From an uncultured Lachnospiraceae bacterium (GTDB taxonomy: Bacteria > Bacillota > Clostridia > Lachnospirales > Lachnospiraceae), in contig CAMORO010000004.1 in NCBI GenBank assembly GCA_946623875.1, forward strand, positions 2,997 through 66,996: 64,000 bases of DNA, read 5' to 3'. The notes under the pieces are model-generated. The model ran no database searches, was not told the DNA's origin, and saw nothing but the letters and a program-made list of their open reading frames with translations. Below, piece by piece: positions 28,660 through 37,582 of the stretch. Made by a program: the position numbers and the translations under genes. Each line of letters opens with the position of its first letter. Within the stretch, counting starts at the first letter, position 1.

Positions 28660-29202
28660 ATGCGTGAAACACCAAGACCATATCAGGTATACAGACATTT
28701 CAAGGGGGCCTATTATCAGGTCATATGCGTTGCGAGTCATTCGGAAACAGAGGAGAAGCTGGTCATATACAGACCTTTGTTTGAAGAGACTGACCACGTA
28801 TGTGCACGACCTCTTGAAATGTTCTTAAGTGAAGTGGATCATGAGAAATATCCCGATGCGAAGCAGAAATGGCGTTTCGCTCTTGCGACCGGTCCATTTA
28901 AGGGATCCGGTGCCAAACATAAGTCCGGGGCTACTGTCAGTGAAGAGCCTGTTGCCGGGAAGGATGCAGATGATGCAGATGATGCGGCCGCGTTTCTGGA
29001 CAGATTTCTGGATGCCGACACATATGAAAAGAAGCTGGATGTTTTCACGGGTATGTGGAAGACGATAGAAGAGCAGGATATTGATAATGCTGCGCTGGTG
29101 ATGGATATCCGGCTTAACGGTGAGACGGTAGAGGATAAATATAAGGAAATGCTCAACTGTCTTAAAATGAGGGCAAGATACGAGAGTACAAGGCTTCGGT
29201 AG
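28660..29202 (+). CDS. DUF1653-domain protein with acidic/helical C-terminal extension
   Basis: YQVYRHFKGAYYQVICVASHSETEEKLVIYRPLF matches my memory of the DUF1653 core. ATG 28660 follows CAGGAGGA. The listed 28639 is upstream in frame. Confidence 0.6.
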   Translation: MRETPRPYQVYRHFKGAYYQVICVASHSETEEKLVIYRPLFEETDHVCARPLEMFLSEVDHEKYPDAKQKWRFALATGPFKGSGAKHKSGATVSEEPVAGKDADDADDAAAFLDRFLDADTYEKKLDVFTGMWKTIEEQDIDNAALVMDIRLNGETVEDKYKEMLNCLKMRARYESTRLR

Positions 29203-29245
29203 GGATTGCGGTCATGCCGGATAAAAGAAGGATGGTTTACATAAT

Positions 29246-30265
29246 ATGAAACTTTTAAGTGTAGCAATACCGTGTTACAATTCACAGGATTACATGAAGC
29301 ATGCGATAGAATGCCTGCTGGTCGGAGGCGATGACGTTGAGATCCTTGTGATAGATGACGGTTCGATCGACCATACCGCTGAAATAGCGGACGAATATGA
29401 GAAGATGTACCCGGGTATAGTCAGGGCGATACATCAGGAGAACAAGGGTCATGGAGGTGCGGTAAATACAGGTATAGAGAATGCCCGGGGAATGTATTTC
29501 AAGGTGCTTGACTCTGATGACTGGTTTAAGGAGGAGGCCTATCTGAAGGTATTGGACAAGCTTAAGGATATAGCCGGGGGCAGTACTGTCGTCGATCTTT
29601 TTATATGCAATTTTGTTTATGAAAAAGAGGGGAAAGACCACAAGAAGGTAATGACCTACAAATCAGCCCTGCCGGTTAATAAGATTTTTACGTGGAATGA
29701 TGTTAAACATTTCAAAAAGGGGCAGTATCTGCTCATGCATTCGGTAATATATCGTACCAAACTGCTGAGGGAGTGTGAAATGGTTCTGCCCGAGCATACC
29801 TTCTATGTTGACAACATCTTTGTTTTTGAGCCTTTGCCCTATGTGAACACGATGTATTACATGGATGTAAATCTGTATAGGTATTATATTGGAAGAGGTG
29901 ACCAGTCGGTCAATGAGGAAATAATGATAAAGCGTATAGATCAGCAGCTTAAGGTTAATAAGATCATGATAGACTATATGGCCGGAACCAGAAGATGCCT
30001 GCATCCCAAGCTTGAGAAATATATGCTTAATTATCTTGATATCATGATGACTGTTTCATCGATCTTTCTTATCAAGGACGGCAGCAGGGAGGCTTTGAAC
30101 AAGAAAAAGGCACTGTGGGAATACCTGAAGGAAAATGACGGAAGGGATTATTTCAGGCTCAGATTCGGAATGCTTGGAAATTCCATGAATATCCCCGGAA
30201 AGGGAGGACGTAAGATATCGGTTCTTGAGTACAAGATAGCTCAGCGTTTTGTTGGATTTAACTGA
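29246..30265 (+). CDS. Family 2 glycosyltransferase
   Basis: LSVAIPCYNSQDYM, ILVIDDGSIDHT and DSDDW (DxD) motifs. Confidence 0.85.
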   Translation: MKLLSVAIPCYNSQDYMKHAIECLLVGGDDVEILVIDDGSIDHTAEIADEYEKMYPGIVRAIHQENKGHGGAVNTGIENARGMYFKVLDSDDWFKEEAYLKVLDKLKDIAGGSTVVDLFICNFVYEKEGKDHKKVMTYKSALPVNKIFTWNDVKHFKKGQYLLMHSVIYRTKLLRECEMVLPEHTFYVDNIFVFEPLPYVNTMYYMDVNLYRYYIGRGDQSVNEEIMIKRIDQQLKVNKIMIDYMAGTRRCLHPKLEKYMLNYLDIMMTVSSIFLIKDGSREALNKKKALWEYLKENDGRDYFRLRFGMLGNSMNIPGKGGRKISVLEYKIAQRFVGFN

Positions 30266-30944
30266 GGCTGTCCGCTTCCCTGTCCGTGCTCTCGAAAAAG
30301 AACGGATAAAGGACGGCCGACATTGTTATGGCGGTTATTATATCAAACAGGGAATGCTGTTTGATCAACACTGTGGATAATATAATGGATATGCATAATA
30401 CAAGAGACAGATTGCATATCCATTTCTTTTTCCTGAAAACCCTGTTGTGCATAACGGTAATGTGTGCAGCTATCGAGTTGTGAACATGAAGGCTCGGAAA
30501 AAGATTGGACGGAGTGTCTGTCTGCTGGAGTATGTTTACCATTGACGAAAGTATATTGGATCTTGGCATAACTTCCGGACGCAGATCATGGTAGTTGGGG
30601 AAAAGAAAAGATACTATAAGGAAGATGGTCATTCCCGATGCCATGAAGAAAAAACCGCGAACATAATCATCCCTGTCCGTGAAATATGAAGCAACAACAA
30701 CACCGATCATGTAAATAAACCACATAAGATAGGGGATGATGAACGCTTCACAGAAGGGAATGCGATCGTCAGCCGCCATATGTACGACAGTGCTGTCTGC
30801 GTAGCTGTGCTTTTCAAGGAAAATGAAACAGGGAATGTAAAGAGCCGCATAAAGGGGGATAAACAGAAAACTCATATTTCTGTCGTGCGCATACAGGCGC
30901 GTTTCAGTTCTTTGTTTTGTAAGGCTGTTACTCATCGTCTTCAT
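30258..30944 (-). CDS. PAP2-superfamily (PAP2_3-like) integral membrane phosphatase/transferase
   Basis: 6 TM segments and FPSLHVHNS, typical of the C-terminal PAP2 motifs. Its 3' end overlaps the convergent GT2 gene by 8 nt. Confidence 0.6.
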   Translation of the reverse strand: MKTMSNSLTKQRTETRLYAHDRNMSFLFIPLYAALYIPCFIFLEKHSYADSTVVHMAADDRIPFCEAFIIPYLMWFIYMIGVVVASYFTDRDDYVRGFFFMASGMTIFLIVSFLFPNYHDLRPEVMPRSNILSSMVNILQQTDTPSNLFPSLHVHNSIAAHITVMHNRVFRKKKWICNLSLVLCISIILSTVLIKQHSLFDIITAITMSAVLYPFFFESTDREADSLS

Positions 30945-31092
30945 AAAGTCATGCTCCGTTTTGTGTTAAAAATCCGCATTCGATCCATAATCCGCAGTAC
31001 ATTACCCTTCGCTTGCCGGCAACAGAAATTATTATTACGCATTTTTAAGATTATTGCAAGAGAAAACTTTATGTGATGCGTTATGTCGGCTC

Positions 31093-31121
31093 TTGTCATT
31101 TGGTGTAACATCTTATATAAT
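31093..31121 (+). promoter_or_regulatory. Sigma-A promoter for glyA (TTGTCA-17-TATAAT)
   Basis: TTGTCA at 31093-31098, a 17-nt spacer, then TATAAT at 31116-31121. Confidence 0.6.
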
Positions 31122-31196
31122 GATACGAGGACTTAAGGCCGCATGATGATGTGGCGTCTCAGATATATTATTTCAAGTACGAAACGGAGGATTAAA

Positions 31197-32435
31197 ATGT
31201 ATTCACTGGATGAAGTTAAGGCAGTCGATCCGGAGATCGCTGAGGCAATTGTTAAGGAACAGGAGAGACAGAACAGTCATATTGAGCTGATCGCATCCGA
31301 GAACTGGGTAAGCAAGGCTGTAATGGCAGCTATGGGAAGTCCGCTTACCAACAAGTATGCGGAAGGGTATCCCGGAAAGAGATATTACGGCGGATGTGAG
31401 TGTGTGGATGTTGTGGAGGATCTTGCAAGGGAGCGTGCAAAGAAGCTTTTTGGCTGTGACTATGCCAATGTTCAGCCGCATTCCGGAGCGCAGGCGAACA
31501 TGGCTGTGTTCTTTGCAATGCTTGAGCCGGGTGATACATTTATGGGTATGAACCTTGATCACGGCGGACACCTTTCACACGGTTCACCTGTCAATATGTC
31601 GGGAAAGTATTTCAATTGTGTACATTACGGAGTAAATGACGAAGGCTTTATCGATTATGATGAAGTAAGAAGGATTGCTCTTGAGTGCAAGCCCAAGATG
31701 ATACTTGCAGGGGCAAGTGCATATGCAAGAAAGATCGATTTTAAGAAGTTCAGGGAGATCTGTGATGAGGTTGGAGCTTATTTTATGGTAGATATAGCTC
31801 ATATAGCAGGCCTTGTTGCAACCGGGTATCATGAGAGCCCGTTCCCTTATGCGGATGTTGTTACGACCACCACGCATAAGACACTTCGCGGTCCCAGGGG
31901 CGGTATGATATTGTGTAATCAGGAGGCAGCCGACAAGTTCAATTTCAATAAGGCTATCTTCCCCGGCATCCAGGGCGGACCGCTTATGCATGTTATAGCA
32001 GCCAAGGCTGTATGTTTCAAGGAGGCACTTTCTCCCGAATTCAAGGAATACGGAAAGAATATCATCGACAATGCACAGGCTCTCGCAAAGGGTCTGCTTG
32101 ACAGAGGATTAAGCATTGTTTCGGGCGGCACGGACAATCATCTGATGCTGCTTGACTTGAGACCACAGGGTCTTACCGGTAAGGAAGTTGAGAAGCTTCT
32201 GGATGAGGCACACATTACAGCCAATAAGAATACGGTTCCCAACGATCCTCAGAAGGCATTTGTAACAAGCGGTATAAGGCTCGGAACACCTGCCGTTACC
32301 TCAAGAGGCATGAAGACCGGTGATATGGACAGGATAGCGGAGGCTATCGCGTATGTGGTTAAGGAAGGTCAGGACGGAGTACCCAAGGCACGTGCGATAG
32401 TTGATGAGCTTACTAAGAAGTATCCTCTTATTTAA
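31197..32435 (+). CDS. glyA: Serine hydroxymethyltransferase
   Basis: [21 protein letters not shown] (PLP-Lys). ATG 31197 follows ACGGAGGA. The listed 31143 start precedes the SD. Confidence 0.95.
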   Translation: MYSLDEVKAVDPEIAEAIVKEQERQNSHIELIASENWVSKAVMAAMGSPLTNKYAEGYPGKRYYGGCECVDVVEDLARERAKKLFGCDYANVQPHSGAQANMAVFFAMLEPGDTFMGMNLDHGGHLSHGSPVNMSGKYFNCVHYGVNDEGFIDYDEVRRIALECKPKMILAGASAYARKIDFKKFREICDEVGAYFMVDIAHIAGLVATGYHESPFPYADVVTTTTHKTLRGPRGGMILCNQEAADKFNFNKAIFPGIQGGPLMHVIAAKAVCFKEALSPEFKEYGKNIIDNAQALAKGLLDRGLSIVSGGTDNHLMLLDLRPQGLTGKEVEKLLDEAHITANKNTVPNDPQKAFVTSGIRLGTPAVTSRGMKTGDMDRIAEAIAYVVKEGQDGVPKARAIVDELTKKYPLI

Positions 32436-32468
32436 TCCTGAATAGATACAAGAAAATTATATAATCTG

Positions 32469-32508
32469 CAGCCACCGTATCATGATAAGATATGGTGGCT
32501 GTATGTTT
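32469..32508 (+). terminator. glyA terminator hairpin
   Basis: 12-bp stem cagccaccgtat / atatggtggctg (one G-U) with a 9-nt loop, followed by a weak T tract. Confidence 0.55.
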
Positions 32509-32544
32509 GCGGTTATAATTTTACATAATTGATGGAGAGTGTGG

Positions 32545-33915
32545 ATGATTTTCAGCTCCTTACTGTTTATATTCTGGTTTATTCCTATATTCTTTACAAT
32601 CTATTACATAGTCCCCGTGAAGTTTAGGAATCCGGTGCTTTTTGCGGGAAGCATTGTGTTTTATGGATGGGGTGAACCCAAATATCTGATCCTGCTTACG
32701 GTGTCGATACTTGTGAATTACCTGGCAGGTCTGCTGATAGACAGGTACAGAGGCCGTATGGACAGGGCTGTGCTTGTGTCAGCGCTTATATTTGATGTAG
32801 GAATGCTTTTCTTCTTCAAGTATATTAATTTCTTTATAGAAAATATTAATGCCGTGGCACACACCGGAATAAGCCCGGTTAACATAAGTTTGCCGTTGGG
32901 AATAAGCTTTTATACCTTTCAGATCATGTCATATGTGATCGATCTGTATCGCGGTAAAGTGGAGGCAGAGAAATCGGTGATCAGTCTCGGTACTTACCTG
33001 TGTATGTTTCCGCAGCTTATTGCCGGTCCGATCGTTGTTTACGGTGATGTGGCAAGGTCGCTTAAGGAAAGAGAGATCACTCCCGTTAATATTGAGGAAG
33101 GTGTCAGGCTGTTTGTCATGGGTCTTGGTTCCAAGGTTCTCATTGCGAATAACGCAGGTGAATTGTGGAATGAGATATCCGCAATTGGTTACGCCGCTCT
33201 GTCCGCACCCATGGCATGGCTGGGTATGGCGGCTTATACTATACAGATATATTTCGACTTCAATGGTTATTCAATGATGGCAATAGGACTCGGAAAGATG
33301 CTTGGCTTTGAGTTCCCAAGGAACTTTAATCTGCCCTATACATCCGGATCGATCACGGAATACTGGCGAAGATGGCATATGACTCTGAGCGGATGGTTCC
33401 GTGATTATCTGTACATTCCGCTTGGCGGTAACCGCAGGGGAAAGTTAAGGACCGTGTTCAATCTTTTTATAGTATGGTTTGTTACGGGCTTCTGGCATGG
33501 CGCGGACTGGAATTTTATACTGTGGGGACTTTATTTCTTTGTCCTTCTCATGATCGAAAGGGCCGGCTTTAAGGATTATCTTGACAGACATCCGTTTGTT
33601 TCACATGTATATGCCCTGCTTGCAATCGGCTTGGGGTGGATGCTGTTTGCGATAACGGATCTTAAGGAGCTTATGATCTATATATCAAGACTGTTTGTGG
33701 GTGGAGTATCAAATGAGATACTTTACTATATCAGGAACTATGGTTTCTTCCTGATACTTGGATGTGTGCTGTCGTCAGGTGTTGTGAACAGGCTGTACGA
33801 GAGGATAAAGAACAGAGATGCCGTAGTATTGCCGGTACTTACCGTGATCTTTCTTCTTTGTATTGCCTTTCTTGCCGATGCCGGATACAATCCGTTTTTG
33901 TATTTCAGATTTTAG
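32545..33915 (+). CDS. MBOAT-family membrane O-acyltransferase (AlgI/DltB/PatA-like)
   Basis: YWRRWHMTLSGWFRDYLYIPLGGNR and the catalytic-His region FWHGADWNF. Polytopic. ATG 32545 follows GGAGAG. Confidence 0.88.
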   Translation: MIFSSLLFIFWFIPIFFTIYYIVPVKFRNPVLFAGSIVFYGWGEPKYLILLTVSILVNYLAGLLIDRYRGRMDRAVLVSALIFDVGMLFFFKYINFFIENINAVAHTGISPVNISLPLGISFYTFQIMSYVIDLYRGKVEAEKSVISLGTYLCMFPQLIAGPIVVYGDVARSLKEREITPVNIEEGVRLFVMGLGSKVLIANNAGELWNEISAIGYAALSAPMAWLGMAAYTIQIYFDFNGYSMMAIGLGKMLGFEFPRNFNLPYTSGSITEYWRRWHMTLSGWFRDYLYIPLGGNRRGKLRTVFNLFIVWFVTGFWHGADWNFILWGLYFFVLLMIERAGFKDYLDRHPFVSHVYALLAIGLGWMLFAITDLKELMIYISRLFVGGVSNEILYYIRNYGFFLILGCVLSSGVVNRLYERIKNRDAVVLPVLTVIFLLCIAFLADAGYNPFLYFRF

Positions 33916-33957
33916 CTTAAGGCTTAGGATCTGCTGCATGATAAATCTGCAATTGTT

Positions 33958-35160
33958 ATGAACAGCTCCTTAGTGTTTGATTGGAGAAATCAGAAATTCA
34001 TGTTACAATATATTAGCCGTGTAAAATTCACATTGATATTCGCACTGATGGTGATATCTGCTTTCATCGGGTACCTGTTCTGCGCGGATCCGGTGTTTTC
34101 CGAGAGAGAAAACAGATTTCTTGCGGCGCGTCCGGCGATCACGCTGTCGGGACTTGCAGACGGGGACTTCATGAACCGGTTTGAATTGTATACAACCGAG
34201 AGGCTTCCGCTCAGAGACATGTTTGTAAGTGTGAAGGCTGCATTCGGGGAGATGATCGCTAAAAATGAGAATAACGGGATCGTACGTGGCAGGGACGGGT
34301 ATCTGTTTGAAAAGCTTGTTGCCACGGATCCGCAGCTTGAAAAGAACAGGGCATCAGTGCTCAATATGGCTAAGCAGACAGACAGAGAGATAACTGTCTG
34401 TATAATCCCCAACTCATTTGAAATTCTTAAGGATAAGCTTCCGGCAGGATTTCCCAATATACCGGAGGAAGAGATCATAAGGAGCTTTTATGATGAACTC
34501 GGGAAATGCGGTAATGTGCGTACCATCGATATGTATGAAGCGCTCAGGGGACATGAGGATGAGTATATTTACTATCGGAGCGATCATCATTGGACGACGG
34601 ATGGAGCATATCTCGGGTATCTTAAGCTGCATGAGCAGCTTTTAGGAACCGGTGACATGCAAGACGGCGGTGATATGAATACCGGGATAAGCCCTCCTGC
34701 TTATAAGAGGATTGAAGTACCGGGCTTTCTTGGCACATATTATTCCAAATACAGAGGTGTTTTTGGGGATCATTCCGATATCCTTACATATTATGATATT
34801 CCCGTATCCTCATATACCGTCGGCGGTATCGTTTATGATTCGCTGTACGACCTTGATAAGCTTGGCGCATATGATAAATATGCCATGTTCATGAGGGGGA
34901 ATGAGGGAGTTGCCGTTGTAGAGAGTGTTGATGACGGGACAGACAGGAAGGATGAGCTTATTCTTTTTAAGGATTCGTACTCCAATTGTCTTATCCCTTT
35001 TCTGACCTTTGATTATGACAGGATAACTGTAGTGGATCTGCGGTATTTTCCGGATTCCGTGCAGGAGCTGCTGGCCGGGAAGCCGGATGCGGATGTGCTT
35101 TTAATGTATAATTTTATGCATTTTAATGAAGACAATCATTTCTATAAGCTGGTCAGGTGA
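33958..35160 (+). CDS. DHHW-motif protein (AlgJ/AlgX/PatB-like periplasmic acyl-transfer partner)
   Basis: N-terminal TM and the signature YYRSDHHWTTDGAYLGY. ATG 34000 is an alternative start. Confidence 0.75.
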   Translation: MNSSLVFDWRNQKFMLQYISRVKFTLIFALMVISAFIGYLFCADPVFSERENRFLAARPAITLSGLADGDFMNRFELYTTERLPLRDMFVSVKAAFGEMIAKNENNGIVRGRDGYLFEKLVATDPQLEKNRASVLNMAKQTDREITVCIIPNSFEILKDKLPAGFPNIPEEEIIRSFYDELGKCGNVRTIDMYEALRGHEDEYIYYRSDHHWTTDGAYLGYLKLHEQLLGTGDMQDGGDMNTGISPPAYKRIEVPGFLGTYYSKYRGVFGDHSDILTYYDIPVSSYTVGGIVYDSLYDLDKLGAYDKYAMFMRGNEGVAVVESVDDGTDRKDELILFKDSYSNCLIPFLTFDYDRITVVDLRYFPDSVQELLAGKPDADVLLMYNFMHFNEDNHFYKLVR

Positions 35161-35182
35161 CCGGTTTTACTTTGACTGAGGA

Positions 35183-36364
35183 GTGAAATTGAAGGACAAC
35201 AACTTATTAAATTTAATAGTATCACCGGTCAGGGAAGGAATGTCCGAGGAGGAGAGGAAGCTTGAGGACAGGAGACGGATCATCAGAACAGCGTCCGTAT
35301 TGCTGGTATTGCTGTGTACGCTGTTTCTTGCGGTGGCTGCCGGGACAATGATAGCACTGTGGTCTACCGGTAAGACATCTCAGGATCTCTTTGCCGTTAT
35401 GAACGGGACCTATGTATATGCAAAGACACAGGAAGAACTTGAACGGATCAGATATGAGGAGGAGATGAAGGATGTAACTGCCGTGTCATTTGATGATGCA
35501 GGTGATGCATCTGCTGCCACAGGACCTGATGTTTCCAATGAGGTTGTAAGCGCAGATGAGGCTGTTCCGGCTCCTGACGGTGCACAGGAGGATACGGGTG
35601 AGGATGAGGAAGGACATGACGGGCTGCCCGATGTGACTGCAGACGGTGGAGACGACGATCCGTACGGAAGCGATGCCGGTGCACAGGATCATGCTGATGA
35701 GGGCGGCGATACCGATGCCGCTCTGTTTGAGGCTTCGGGTGTTAATGCCTATGTTGATCCCAATGTTAATTATCCGCTTCCTTTTACGACCGTTGATGAG
35801 AGCTATTTTCAGGATGCGCTTTTTATCGGGGATTCAAGGCTTCAGGGTTTTGGGATGTATTCGGGGCTGCCCGGAACATTTTATGCGGCAACAGGCTTTC
35901 AGTTGTATAAATATGATACGATGAACGTTGTTAACACTGACAGTGGTAAGGTTCCCATACTGAATGCAATTCCTTATGATACATTTACCAAGATATATAT
36001 CAAGGTGGGGCTTAATGAAATGGGTGGAAACGATTCGGCTTTTTTAAGCAAATATGCCGAATTTATAGCAAGGCTCAGAGAGGTTGAGCCCCGTGCGATC
36101 ATATATATTCACGGTATACTTCCGGTTACGGCAGCCAAATCAGGCTCGGATAAGGTGCACAATAATACGAATGTGTATGCAAGAAATGAGAGCCTGAAGG
36201 TTCTGGCAGCGGAACAGGGGGCATATTACCTGGATGCAGGGTCTGTATTTATGGGCGCCGACGGCTGTCTGCCGGCCGAAATGGCCGCGGACGGAATACA
36301 TCTTAAGGCGCAGTATATGGATATATGGAAGAAATATCTGATGGAGCATGCAATAGTATTATAA
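35183..36364 (+). CDS. Membrane-anchored SGNH/GDSL-type hydrolase/acyltransferase with acidic linker
   Basis: TM (ASVLLVLLCTLFLAVAAGTMIAL) followed by an Asp/Glu/Gly/Ala-rich linker. SGNH blocks FIGDSR, GLNEMG and DGIHL. The start is ambiguous (GTG 35183 or TTG 35189). Confidence 0.75.
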   Translation: MKLKDNNLLNLIVSPVREGMSEEERKLEDRRRIIRTASVLLVLLCTLFLAVAAGTMIALWSTGKTSQDLFAVMNGTYVYAKTQEELERIRYEEEMKDVTAVSFDDAGDASAATGPDVSNEVVSADEAVPAPDGAQEDTGEDEEGHDGLPDVTADGGDDDPYGSDAGAQDHADEGGDTDAALFEASGVNAYVDPNVNYPLPFTTVDESYFQDALFIGDSRLQGFGMYSGLPGTFYAATGFQLYKYDTMNVVNTDSGKVPILNAIPYDTFTKIYIKVGLNEMGGNDSAFLSKYAEFIARLREVEPRAIIYIHGILPVTAAKSGSDKVHNNTNVYARNESLKVLAAEQGAYYLDAGSVFMGADGCLPAEMAADGIHLKAQYMDIWKKYLMEHAIVL

Positions 36365-36383
36365 AATAAGAGGAGATGATATT

Positions 36384-36848
36384 ATGAAAAAGGATCTGAT
36401 TGTGTTGGTTTTATCGGCGGCTATGCTCATTGCGCTGGCAGGATGCGGCTCTTCCGGCATGGATGTTGACGCGCAGGGGCTTGCGGACGCGCTGAAAACA
36501 CAGATAGCATATGCTGATGATCTTGCACCTGTCGATCTTGATACGGCTAAGATGTTCTACACATTCGGTGATGCCCGGATCACGGAAGCGGTATTTTATG
36601 AAAGCAGCGGAGCCACGGCAGAGGAGATAGCGGTCATTAAGTGTGCAGAGGGCAAAGATCTTGACAAGGTCGAAGCTGTGCTTAAGACCAGGGTTTTGGA
36701 GCAGACAGAGTCATATAAGGATTATGTTCCGGCAGAACTTGAGAAGCTTAATGCAGCCGTCGTGATGCGAAAGGGTAATTGTGCTGTGTTATCGGTAAGC
36801 AACGAACCGGATAAGGCCAGGGATGTGATCGATGATTACGGTAAATAA
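36384..36848 (+). CDS. Small lipoprotein, DUF4358-like
   Basis: Lipobox LAGCGS, about 150 aa. The YESSGATAEEIAVIK region matches my unverified memory of DUF4358, which commonly neighbours DHHW/MBOAT genes. Confidence 0.55.
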   Translation: MKKDLIVLVLSAAMLIALAGCGSSGMDVDAQGLADALKTQIAYADDLAPVDLDTAKMFYTFGDARITEAVFYESSGATAEEIAVIKCAEGKDLDKVEAVLKTRVLEQTESYKDYVPAELEKLNAAVVMRKGNCAVLSVSNEPDKARDVIDDYGK

Positions 36849-36960
36849 ACCGTGATCTCTGTTATGAGGATATGAACCGGTGAAGTTATGTAAAGTGTTT
36901 TAACAGTATGAGATATTTTAAATGTATATACAATTTAATGTTTCTGAATAATATAGACTT

Positions 36961-37048
36961 AAAATACAAAAAATATAGATATAAAAATAAAAAATAATAA
37001 TAAAAATAAATAAAAAGTGTTGACAATTAAGATGCTCTGATATATAAT
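36961..37048 (+). promoter_or_regulatory. A-tract/UP-like block plus perfect consensus sigma-A promoter (TTGACA-17-TATAAT)
   Basis: 36961-37017 is almost entirely A/T with repeated A4-6 tracts. TTGACA at 37020-37025, an exactly 17-nt spacer, then TATAAT at 37043-37048. Confidence 0.75.
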
Positions 37049-37054
37049 CTAATC

Positions 37055-37488
37055 ATGAAGCAGGAGATTTAAGAAATCGGAAGTCGGAGGAACTTCAATC
37101 TTACATAAGGAGGTACGGACCACCGGAAACTTAAGTTTAGCTTTATAAAGATCATTACTTACTTTTATCATATGTTTCGACCGTAGAAGGGTGTCGTGAC
37201 TGAGGTTAGGGTCATAAGACACGGTATTAGAACAGGACACGCGATGCAAAGCAGACGTACATGAAGAAGGGAAGTGTACAGTTAAGTCCGGGTACCGAAC
37301 CGATGTCTGTACAATTGAATAGGGAGTCTGATAATTGATGGAGTGCAAGAAGGCACTATAAAATTTAACATAAATTACGACCCCGGAACAGGTTGGAACG
37401 GAAAGAGAGAGGTATAGTCCATTGGGAACTGAAGAGCAGGTATGAGAGCGGATGCAGACAGAGTTTAGTCGGCATCCGCTTTCCATTT
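37055..37488 (+). ncRNA. Candidate stand-alone large non-coding RNA (about 435 nt), family unknown
   Basis: It sits between the consensus promoter and a terminator. The longest + strand ORF is 25 codons and has no SD. The one strong AAGGAGG (37108-37114) has no start codon within reach. Hairpins checked by hand: 37065-37073/37130-37138, 37080-37084/37092-37096, and 37191-37200/37211-37222. The strand is purine-rich. Confidence 0.5.
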
Positions 37489-37490
37489 AA
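37444..37490 (+). terminator. Terminator hairpin ending the candidate ncRNA
   Basis: Stem gagagcggatgc (37444-37455) pairs with gcatccgctttc (37472-37483), including one G-U, and is followed by a short T tract (cattt). Confidence 0.5.
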
Positions 37491-37525
37491 AGGAGATGAA
37501 AACAGGCTGTCCCTGACCGGTCTTC

Positions 37526-37554
37526 TTGTGTGTGAACCTGTATTGTGATATATT
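37526..37554 (+). promoter_or_regulatory. Separate promoter for the amidase gene (TTGTGT-17-TATATT)
   Basis: TTGTGT at 37526-37531, a 17-nt spacer, then TATATT at 37549-37554. It lies downstream of the ncRNA terminator. Confidence 0.4.
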
Positions 37555-37582
37555 ATAGTATTAGAGGAAGCGGTTATTTGTT

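Noticed and set aside
31122-31196. ZTP (pfl) or other riboswitch in the glyA leader
   Set aside because: The leader is only about 70 nt with one small hairpin. I saw no GGGUCGUG / CCGCCUGGGC-type conserved cores.
37049-37486. 145-aa minus-strand ORF (MESGCRLNSVCIRSH...) that spans exactly the gene-free gap
   Set aside because: It has no SD, and its ATG lies inside the terminator stem. It is Ser/Cys/Pro/Leu-rich and poor in Glu/Lys/Asp compared with every real protein here. It uses TTA/CTA/TCA codons that the genome otherwise avoids. The open frame is explained by the purine-rich + strand: a pyrimidine-rich complement rarely contains TAA/TAG/TGA. I kept it as the alternative hypothesis to test for the ncRNA finding.
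37055-37488. Identifying the candidate RNA as RNase P RNA, tmRNA, SRP RNA, 6S RNA, or a riboswitch leader (ydaO/c-di-AMP, c-di-GMP, cobalamin, T-box) of the amidase gene
   Set aside because: Only short coincidences were found: AAGUCCGGG versus the RNase P P4 strand; GUAGAAGGGUG versus GGUAAGGGUGAAA; CCGAACCGAUGUC versus the ydaO CCGAAUCCGACAGC. The diagnostic cores are absent. The element is two to three times longer than those riboswitches, and it is followed by its own terminator plus a separate promoter for the amidase. I cannot exclude a divergent or tandem cis-regulator without an Rfam scan.
37055-37488. CsrB-like protein-sponge idea, based on GGA triplets in the candidate RNA
   Set aside because: I counted about 15 GGA triplets against roughly 10 expected from composition. 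That enrichment is too weak to support a claim.
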